NCBI GenBank assembly: GCA_009914755.4
Contig: CP068257.2
Location: 6,080,001 to 6,144,000 of the forward strand
Source of the DNA: the human T2T-CHM13v2.0 reference genome, Homo sapiens
Reading direction: 5' to 3'
Length of the DNA: 64,000 nt
Each line of letters begins with the position of its first letter. The first letter of the stretch is position 1. Below the pieces are notes generated by a model. It was given only the letters and a program-made list of their open reading frames with translations. It was not told where the DNA came from and did no database searches. Positions 53,096 to 64,000 of the stretch are shown here, piece after piece. A program made the position numbers and the translations under genes.

Positions 53096-55420
53096 ATCAA
53101 AAGTGATGTAACTCTTGTCTAGACTCTGCCTACAGGGGCTTTGTGACATATCTCTGCACTGGTCACCCAGGGGATGGGACTTATGTCTAGGCTCTGCCTA
53201 TGGGAGCATTGTGACATATCTCTACACTGATCACCCAGGTGATGTAACTGTTGTGGTGGATCTGCCTATGGGGCATAGTGACATATCACTGCAATGATCA
53301 CCGAGGTGATGTAACTCTTATCCAGGTTCTACCTATAGGGGGCCTTGTGACATATATCTGCACTGATCCCATAGGTTATGTAACACTTGCTTACGCTCTG
53401 CCAGCAGGGGCATTGTGAAATATGTCAGCACTGATCACCCAGGTGATGGGACTCTTCTCTAGGCTCTGCCTACTGGGGGCATTGTCAAATATTTCTGCAC
53501 TAATAACCCAGGTAACGGACTCTTGCCTTGGATTTGCCTATGGGGGCATTGTGACATATCTCTGCACTGATCACCCAGGTGATGTAACTCTGGTCTAAGC
53601 TTTGCCTAAAGGGGCATTGTGACAGATCTCTGCACTGATCACTCAGGTGATGTAACTATTGTCTAGGCTCTGCTTAAAGGGGGCTTGTAACATATCTCTG
53701 CACTGATCACCCAGGTGATGTAACACTTGCCTGGGCTCTGCTTCCAGGGGGTGTTGTGACATATCTCTGCACTGATAACCAAAGTGATGTAACACTTGTG
53801 TAGGCTCTGCCTACAGGGGCATTTTGACATATCTCTGCACTGTTAACCTTGGTGATGTAACCCTTGTCTACGCTGTGACCACAGGGGGATTGAGACATAT
53901 CTCTGCACTGATCCCGAGGTGATCCAACTCTTGCCTGGTCTCTGCCTACTGGGGAAATTGTGGCATATCTCTGCACTGATCTCCCAGGTGCTGTAACTTT
54001 AGTCTAGGCTCTGGCTACACGGCATTGTGACATATCACTGCACTGATCACCCAGGTGATATAACTCTTGTCTAGGCTCTGCCTACAGGGGGCTTGTGACA
54101 TATCTTTGCATTGATCACCCAGATGATATAACTCTTCTCTAGGATGTGCCTACAGGGTGCTTTGTGACATATCCCTGCAATGATCACCCAGGTGATATAC
54201 CACTTGTCAAGGCTCTGCCTACAGGGGCATTGTGATGTATCTCTGCACTGATCACCTAGGTCATGTAACTCTTGTTTAGGCTTTACCTACAGGGGCGTTG
54301 TGACATATCTCTGCAGTGATCACGCAGGTGATGTAACTCTTGTCTATATCTGCCTACTGGCGGCATTGTGACATATTTCTGCATTGATCACATAGGTGAT
54401 GCAATCTTGTCTAAGATCTGACTATGGGAGAATAGTGAAATATTTCTGCACTGATCACTCATGTTATGTAACGCTTGTCTGAGCTGCGCCTAAAGGGGAA
54501 TTGTGACAGATATCTCCACTGATTACCCAGGTGAAGTAACAGTTTTCTGTGATTTGTCTACAGGGGGCTTTGTGACATGTCTTTGCTCTGATCACCCAGG
54601 AGATGTAACTCTTGTCTAGGATCGGCCTACAGGGGCTTTGTGTCATGTTTCTGCACTGATCACCCTGGGGAGGGAACTCTTGTCTACTCTCTGCCTACAG
54701 GAGGCTCTTTGACTTATACCTGCACTGATAACCTAGGTGATGTAACACTTGTCTAGGCACTGCCTACACGGGAATTCTCACATATCTCTGCACTGATCAC
54801 ACAGGTGATGTAACTCCTGTCTAGGTTCAGCCTATAGGAGTGTTTTGACATATCTCTGCACTGATCACCCAGGTGATGTAACCCTTCTCTAAGCTCTGCC
54901 TACAGGGTCATTGTGACAAATCTCTCCACTGCTAACCCAGGTGATGTAACAATTGTCTGGGCTATGCCTACTGGGGGTTTGTGATATACATTTACACTGA
55001 TCAAACAGGTGATGTAACCCTTGTCAAGGTTCTGTCTACAGGGGCTTTGTGACATATCTCTGCACTGATCACCCCAGGGAGGAAACACTTGTCTACACTC
55101 TGCCTAAAGGAGGCTTTACGACTTATCCCTTCACTGATCACTAGGTGATGTAACACTTGTCAAGGCTCTGTCTACACGGGAATTTTCACATATCTCTGCC
55201 CTGATCACCTAAGTGATGTTACCCTTGGCTAGGTTCAGGTTACTGGGGATTTCTGACATACCTATGCACTGATCACCGAGGTGATGTAAATCATTTCCAG
55301 GTTTTTTGTATAGGGGACATTGGGATATATCTCTGCACTGATCACCCAAATGATGCAAATCTTTTCTACCCTCCACAGGGAGGGGGCATTGTGACATATT
55401 TCTGAACAGATCATCCAGGA
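53095..55420 (-). repeat. Beta-satellite, minus orientation
   Basis: 68-69 bp monomers. Confidence 0.9.
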
Positions 55421-56325
55421 GATGTAACTATTCTCCAGGCTTTGACTAAAGAGCGTCGGAAGGTGTTGGGAGAGCCTCAGCCAGAATTTCACGGACGGAC
55501 AAGGGTACAGAGAGGCCAGCGGGTTCCATTGCAGGTCAGCCGGGGATTGCAATGAGTGCACCTCTAGACAGGCGTCCAGCAAACAGAGCTAGAGGTCTGC
55601 GTTCCCCCGCCGGGCGCTCCATGGTTTCAGCTGGGAGGCTGCAGGGGCACGGGCGGGCCGGCGACGGTGGCTTGGAGGCACAGAGGAGGCGAGCCGCTGG
55701 AAGGGTGTCTGGCCTGGACGCTGGGCGCCCCGGTGTTTCACGGGACTGGGGTCTCCACCCAGCCCAGGGAAGAACGCATTTTCCGGGGGTGGGTAGTGAG
55801 GGTGGGGAAGGTGTGCAAAGGCGGGGGTGGGGTGGAGGAAAGGCATGAGAGCTTTGCCTGGGCTGCTCCCACAGCCCAGGCGGCTGTCCCCAAACCCGAA
55901 CGTGTGCAGTAGGTAGCCCACCTGCTGGTACCTAGGCCGGCTCTGGGATCCCCTGGATTCCCAGGAAAGAATGACAGTTCTCTGCTGTGTGGAGTCTCTC
56001 ACCGGGCCTAGAACTACAAGACAGGAATCCCAGGCCGGTCAGCCCAGTGGTCGTGGCGGGGGGAAGACACTCCCCTCCATAGAGAGCCAGGTGTTCCCCG
56101 CGAAAGAGAGGCCACCGCCCTGCCCCGACCCGACCTCCTCCCAACCACGCGTCCTAAAGCTCCTCCAGCATAGCCCGGTATTACTCCACGCTGAGGAGTG
56201 CTTCCACCGAGGCGGCCTCTTCCAAGGCCTCCAGCTCCCCCAGGGCCTCCGGTTCTAGGAAATGTTGCACCTGCTGCAGAAACTCCGGGCTCGCCAGTAG
56301 CTCATCCAGCAGCAGTGCATCCTGC
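55420..56325 (-). pseudogene. DUX4L: Truncated D4Z4-like unit H: the 3' tail plus about 55 codons of the DUX4-like C-terminus
   Basis: Tail colinear with G and I. The stop (cta) is at 56153-56155. The coding remnant gives ...[17 protein letters not shown]...EEWS.. (the reverse complement of ...ctccagctcccccagggcctccggttctaggaaatgttgcacctgctgcagaaactccgggctcgccag...). Homology ends after ctcatccagcagcag, near 56313. Confidence 0.75.
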
Positions 56326-58690
56326 AGTGATCCTGCAGTGCAACCTCCAGTGATCACGCAGGTGATGTAACTCTTGTCTATATCTGCCTACTGGCAGCAT
56401 TGTGGCATATTTCTGCACTGATCACCCAGGTGATGGACTCTTTTCTTGGATCTGCCTATGGGGGCATAGTGAATTATCTCTGCACTGAAGATCACCCGGG
56501 TTACGTAACTCTTGTCTAGGCTCTGCCTATGGTGGCATTGTGACTTACCTCTGCATTGATCACCCAGGAGATGAGACTCTTGTCTAAGCTCTGCCTAGAG
56601 GGACATTGGGACATATCACTGCTCTGATCGCTGAGGTGATGTAAAACTTGTCTAGGCTTTGCCTACAGGTGGCTTTGTGACATACCTTTGCACTGATCAC
56701 CCAGGTGATGTAACTCATCTACCTTCTGCCTACAGGAGCATTGTGACATATCTCTGCACTGATCAGTTAGGTGATGTAACACCTTTATAAGCACTGCCTG
56801 CAGGGAATTTTGACAAATCTCTGCACTGATCACCTAGGTGTTGTAACTCTTATCTACCCTCTGCCCAAAGGGGGCATTGTGAAATATCTCTGCACTGATC
56901 ACCCAGGTGATTCAACTCTTGACTAGAATCTGCCTACAAGGGGTATTTTGAAATATCTCTGCACTGATCAACTAGGTGATGTAACTGTTGTCTAGGCTCT
57001 GCCTACAGGGGCGTTTTCACATATCCCTGAACTGATGACTTAGGTGATGTAACTCTTGCCAAGGCTTTGCCTACAGGGGACATTGTGACATTTCTCTGCA
57101 CTAATCATCCAGGTGATGCAACTCTTCTCTATGCTCTGCCTACATGGGACATTGTGACATATCTCTGCCCTGATCACCCAGGTGATGTAACTCTTTTCTA
57201 GTCTCTGCCTACAGAGTGCGTTGTGACATCACTCTGCAGGAATCACCCAGGTTATGCAACGCTTGTCTAGGCTCTGCCTATGGGGGCATTGGGACTTATA
57301 TCTGCACGGATCACCCGTTTTATGTAACTCTTGTCTAGGCTCTGCCAATGGTGGCATTGTGACTTATCTCTGCACTGATCACCGAGGAGATGTGACTATT
57401 GACTAAGCTCTGAATAGAGGTACATTGGGACATATCTCTGCACTGATCGCTGAGGTGATATAAAACTTGTCTAGGCTTTGCCTATGGTTTGATTTATGAC
57501 ATATCTCTGCACTGATCACCCAGGTGATGTAACTCTTGTCTAGGCTCTCCTTACAGGGGGTATTGTGAGATATCTCTGCATTGATCACCCAGGTGATGTA
57601 ACTCTTGTCTAGGCTCTGTCTACAGGGATTTTTGTGTCATATCACTGCACTGATCACCTAGGTGAGGTAAGCCTTGTATGGGCTTTGACTACAAAAGGCT
57701 ATGTGACATATCTTTGAACCGATCTCTGAGGTGATGCAACTCTTGTCTAGGCGCTGCCTACACGGGACATTGGTACATTTCTCTGCACTTTTCACCCAGG
57801 TGGTGGACCCTTGTCTTAGATCTGCCTACATGGACATTGTGACACATCTCTGAACTGATCAACCAAGTGATGAAACTCTTGTCTAGGCTCTGTCTACATG
57901 GGCTTTGTGACACATCTCTGCACTGGTCATCCTGGGGAGGGAACTTTTGTCTATGCTTTGCCTACAGGAGGCTTTATGACTTATACCTGCACTGATAACC
58001 TAGCTGATGTAACACTTGTCTAGGCTCTGCCTACATGGGACTTCTCACATATCTCTGCACTGATCACCCAGGTGATGTAACTCCTGTCTAGGTTCAGACT
58101 ACAGGAGGGTTTTGACATATCTCTACACTGATCACCCAGGTGATGTAACCCTTGTGTAAGCTCTGCCTACAGGGTCATTTTGACCTATCTCTCCACTGCT
58201 GATCCAGGTGATGGAACAATTGTATGGGCTTTGCCTACAGGGGGCTTTGTGATATATATTTCCACTGATCAAACAGCCGATGGAACCTTTTTCAAGGTTT
58301 TGCTTACAGGGGCTTTGTGACATATCTCTGTACTGATCACCCCAGAGAGGAAACACTTGTCTACACTCTGCCTATAGGAGGTTTTACGACTTATCCCTGC
58401 ACTGATCACTAGGTGATGTAACACTTTTCTAGGTTCTGTCTACACGGGAATTTTCATGTATCTCTACACTGATCAGCTAAGTATTCTGACCCTTGTCTAG
58501 GTTCAGTCTACTGGGGATTTCTGATATACCTATGCACTGATCACCGAGGTGATGTAAATCATTTCCAGGCTTTTTGTACAGCAGACTTTGTGATGTATCT
58601 CTGTACTGATCACCCAAATGATGCAAATCTTCTCTAGGCTCTGCAGGGAGGGGTCATTGTGACATAATTCTGAACTGATCATCCAGTAGA
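56325..58690 (-). repeat. Beta-satellite, minus orientation
   Basis: 68-69 bp monomers. About an 850-bp internal periodicity of variant monomers. Confidence 0.85.
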
Positions 58691-59422
58691 TGTAACAATT
58701 CTCCAGGCTTTGACTAAAGTGCGTTGGAAGGTGTTGGGAGAGCCTCATCCCGAATTTCACTGACGGACAAGGGCACAGAGAGTCCACCGGGCTCCCTTGC
58801 ACATCAGCTGGAGTGCGCAATGAGCGCAGGTCTAGCCAGGAGTACGGGAAAGAGAGCTAGAGGTCTGCGTTCTGCCGCCAGGCGCTCCATGGTGGCAGCT
58901 AGGGGTCTGCAGGGGCACCGGAGGGCGGGCGATGGTCGCGGGGAGATGCAGAGGTGGCGAGCCGCTGGAGGGTTGTCAGGCCTGGACGCTGTGAGGGTCC
59001 GTTTTTTCACCGGATTGGGGTCTCCACCCAGCCCAGGGGAGGATGCATTTTCCTGACCTGGGCGGTGGGGGTGGCTTGGGGCTGGTCAGGCGGGGGTGGG
59101 GAAGTGGAAAGGCATGAGAGTTCTGCCCGGGCTGCTCCCACAGCCCAGGTGGCTTCCCGGAAACCCGCACGTGCGCAGTAGGCGGCCTACCTCCTGGTAC
59201 CTCGGCCGGCTCTGGGATCCCTGGGATGCCCAGGAAAGAATGGCAGTTCCCTGCTGTGTGGAGTCTCTCACCGGGCCTAGACCTAGAAGGCAGGAATCCC
59301 AGGTCAGTCAGCCCAGTGGAGGGGGCGGGGGAAAGACACACTCCTCCATAGCCAGCCAGGTGTTCCCCGCGAAGGAGTGGCCACGGCCCTGCCCCGACCC
59401 GACACCTTCCCAACCCCGCTTC

Positions 59423-60692
<1,270 letters not shown>

Positions 60693-60824
60693 CGCGGGGA
60701 ACCCCGGCCAGAATTTCACGGACGGACACGGGCAGAGAGAGGTCGCGTGCTCCCGTGCACTTCAGCCGGCCTATGCACTGAAGCAGGTGCAGCCAGGGGG
60801 CCTGCCAGTACAGCCAGCCAGCGG

Positions 60825-60834
60825 CTCTTTGTAA
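60825..60834 (-). promoter_or_regulatory. Promoter box variant TTACAAAG (plus strand ctctttgtaa), in place of the TTTATAAGAG of the other copies
   Basis: Same offset upstream of the ATG, about 135 bp. It resembles the TACAA box described for the DUX4 promoter. Confidence 0.4.
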
Positions 60835-61504
60835 GGCCCGCAGGCAGGGAGGCTCCACACCTTCATGAATGGCGGTGAGCCCTGGGACAGCCCGCCCCAC
60901 CCCGGAAGGGTCCCAGGGCATCGAGGCCTGCGGCCGGGGGGTGATGGGGTGGTGGGGGAGACCGTGGTGATGGTAGTGGTGGGGCAGGAGAGACGAAGAG
61001 GAAGGGGGCGAGGGGAAGGGGTGAGGGGGGCGCGTTACGGGGGCTGGCTCCCCGGACCTCTCCAGGAATCCCGCGGGAACTGGAAGCCGCTCTCTGGGGT
61101 CCCACGCGTCTTCAGCAGGGAGAAACCGGTCTGGGAGGGAGGAGGGGAGAGTGGAACTGAACCTCCGTGGGAGTCTTGAGTGTTCCAGGCCCTCTCTCCG
61201 TGAAGGAGGCAGTGCCTGTGGGTGTCGCCGTTGCTGGGTCAGTCTCGCACATGCAGGCCTGTGGCTCTCGTTCATTTCCACGTGGGAGAACAGAGTGAGA
61301 TCCCAGAGAGAAGATACCTCCCCGGCGTGATGGCCTGACGATGGATTCCTATGTGCTGCAACATGGGGAGTCTGCAGTGTGGCCTGTCTGTAAACTGGCA
61401 AAGAGAGCGAAGGCACCATGCCGGTCTTCCACCCTTCCCTGCATGTTTCCAGGTGCCAGCAGAGAAACGGGAGCAAACAGTCAGCATGACACATCTCTGA
61501 ACTG

Positions 61505-64000
61505 ATCAACAAAGTGATGTAACTCTTGTCTAGGCTCTGCCTACAGGGGCTTTGTGACATATCTCTGCACTGATCACCCAGGTGATGGGACTTTTGTCTA
61601 GGCTCTGCCTATGGGGGCATTGTGACATATCTCTACACTGATCACCCAGGTGATGTAACCCTTGTGTTGGATCTGCCTATGGGGCCATTGAGACACATTT
61701 CTGCACTGATCACCCAGGTGATTGGACTCTTGTCTAGGCTCCGTATATGGGAGCTTTGTGATATATCTCTGCACTGATCAACCAGGTGATGTAACGCTTG
61801 ACTAGGTTCTGCCTACGGGGCATAGTGACATATTATTGCATTGATCACTGACGTGATGTAACTCTTGTCCAGGCTCTGCCTATAGGGGGCCTTGTGACAT
61901 ATCTCTGCACTGATGATCTACGTGATGTAACTATTGCTTGCGCTCTGCCTGCAGGGGCATTGTGAAATATCTCTGCACTGATTACCCAGGTGATGGGACT
62001 CTTCTCTAGGCTCTGCCTACTGGGGGCATAGTCACATATTTCTGCACTGATCACCCAGGTGACGGACTTTTGTCTTGGATTTGCCTATGGGGGCGTTGTG
62101 ACATAGCTCTGCACTGATCACCCAGGTGATGTAACTCTGGTCTAAGCTCTGCCAAAAGGGGCATTGTGAAAGATCTCTGCAATGATCACTCAGGTGGTGT
62201 AACTATTGTCTGGGCTCTGCTGAAAGGGGCCTTGTCACATATCTCGGCACTCATCACCCAGGTGATGTAACTCTTGTCTAGGCTCTGCTTACAAGGAGTA
62301 TTGTGATATATCTCTGCACCAATCATCTAAGTGATGTAACAATTGTGTAGGCTCTGCCTACAAGGGCATTTTGACATATCCCTGCACTGTTAACCCTGTT
62401 AACCGAAGTGATGTAACTCTGGTCTAGGCTGTGCCCACAGGGGAATTGAGACATATCTCTGCACTGATCCCGAGGTGATCCAAATCTTGCCTGTTCTCTG
62501 CCTACTGGGAACATTGTGACATATCTCTGCACTGATCTATCATAGTGGTGTAACTTTAGTCTAGGCTCTGGCTACACGGCATTGTGACATATCACTGCAC
62601 TGATCACCCAGGTGATATAACCTTTGTCTAGGCTCTGCCAACAGGGGGCTTGTGACATATCTCTGCAGTGATCACCCAGGTGATATAACTCTTCTCTAGT
62701 ATCTGCCTACAGGATGCTTTGTGACATATCCCCGCAATGATCACCCAGGTGATATACCTCTTGTCAAGGCTCTGCCTACAGGGGCATTGCGATGTATCTC
62801 TGCACTAATCACCTAGGTCATGTTACTCTTGTCTAGGCTCTGCCTACAGTGGCATTGTGACATATCTCTGCACTGATCACCCAGGTGATGTAACTCTTTT
62901 CCAGGATCTGCCTAAAGGGTGCATTGTGACATATCCCTTCAATGATCACCCAGGTGATGTACCACTTTTCAAGGCTCTGCCTACAGGGACATTCCGATGT
63001 ATTTCTGCACTGATCACCTAGGTCATGTAACACTTGTCTGGGCTCCACCTACAGTGGCATTGTGATGTATCTCTGCACTGATCACCCAGGTGATGTAACT
63101 CTTGTCTAGGCTCTGCCTACAGTGGCATTTTGACATATGACTGCACTGATCACTGAGATGATGTAACTGTTTTATAGTCTTCGCCGACAGGGGGCATTGA
63201 GACATATCTCTGCACTGATCACCGAGGTGATGCAACTCTTGTCTGGGATCTGCTTATTGGGGGCATTGTGACTTGTCTCTGCCGTGATCACCCAGGTGAT
63301 GTAACTCTTGTCTAGGCTCTGCCTTCTGGAGACATTGTGACATATCTCCACACTGATCACCCAGGTGATGTCACTTTTGTCAAGGATACGTCTACGGGGC
63401 ATTGTGACAAGTCACTGCACTGCTCACACACCTGATGTAAATCTTGTCTAGGCTCTGGCTACAGGGGACTTGTGAGATATCTCTGCACACATCACCCAGG
63501 TGATATAACCTTTGTCTAGGCTCTGCCAAAAGGGGGCATTGTGACATAATTCTGCACTGATCACCCAGGTGATGGGACTCTTGTCTAGGCTCTGCCTACA
63601 GGGGAATTGTGACATATCTCTGCTCTGATCATCCAAGTGATGTAACACTTGTCTAGGGACTGCCTAAAGAGACTTTGTGACATAACTCTGCACTGATCAT
63701 CCAGGTGATGGGGCTTTTGTCTAGGCTCTGCCTAAGGGGGCATTGTGACATATTTCTGCACTGATCACCCAAGTGACAGACTCTTGTCTTGGATCTGCCT
63801 ATGGCGGCATTGTGACATATCACTGCACTGATCACCCAGGTGATGTAACTGTTGTATAAGCTCTGCCTACTGGGGAATTGTGAGAGATCTCGCCACTGAT
63901 CACCCAAGTGATGTAACTATTGTCAAGGATTGGCCTATAGGGGGTTTTGTGACATACCTTTGCACTGATCACCCAGGTGATGGACTCTTGTCTTGGATCT
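61505..64000 (-). repeat. Beta-satellite, minus orientation
   Basis: 68-69 bp monomers. Confidence 0.9.

Overview
This window is eukaryotic, not prokaryotic. It looks like hominoid (most likely human) heterochromatic satellite DNA. The backbone is a beta-satellite (Sau3A/BclI family) array of 68-69 bp monomers with the consensus tgatcagtgcagagatatgtcacaatgcccctgtaggcagagcctagacaagagttacatcacctggg. Nine GC-rich D4Z4-like units are embedded in it. Six are complete (~2.8 kb) and three are truncated. Each carries a DUX4-like double-homeobox gene, which I recognise from the two homeodomains (...[16 protein letters not shown]... and ...[16 protein letters not shown]...) and the C-terminal ...[23 protein letters not shown]...[11 protein letters not shown] tail. 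Every copy is a pseudogene, disabled by a different mix of stops, frameshifts, loss of the ATG, loss of the stop codon, or truncation. No copy encodes a full 424-aa DUX4. The orientation is minus (1-1972), plus (1973-48670) and minus (48670-64000), with two inversion breakpoints. One breakpoint lies inside a DUX4-like copy and creates a chimeric 318-aa ORF. The other lies in beta-satellite at a short palindromic core. The D4Z4-like units all share the same beta-satellite flanks, so they spread as a duplicon inside a beta-satellite higher-order repeat. I see no rRNA, tRNA, CRISPR array or prokaryotic defence system, and I am not proposing a novel biological system here. The features worth a second look are structural: the inversions, a deletion junction, the pattern of pseudogenisation, and a TATA-to-TACAA promoter difference in one copy. 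The genomic location cannot be determined from the sequence alone. The organisation matches what is described for acrocentric short arms and other pericentromeric heterochromatin, and does not match the 4q35/10q26 tandem D4Z4 arrays.
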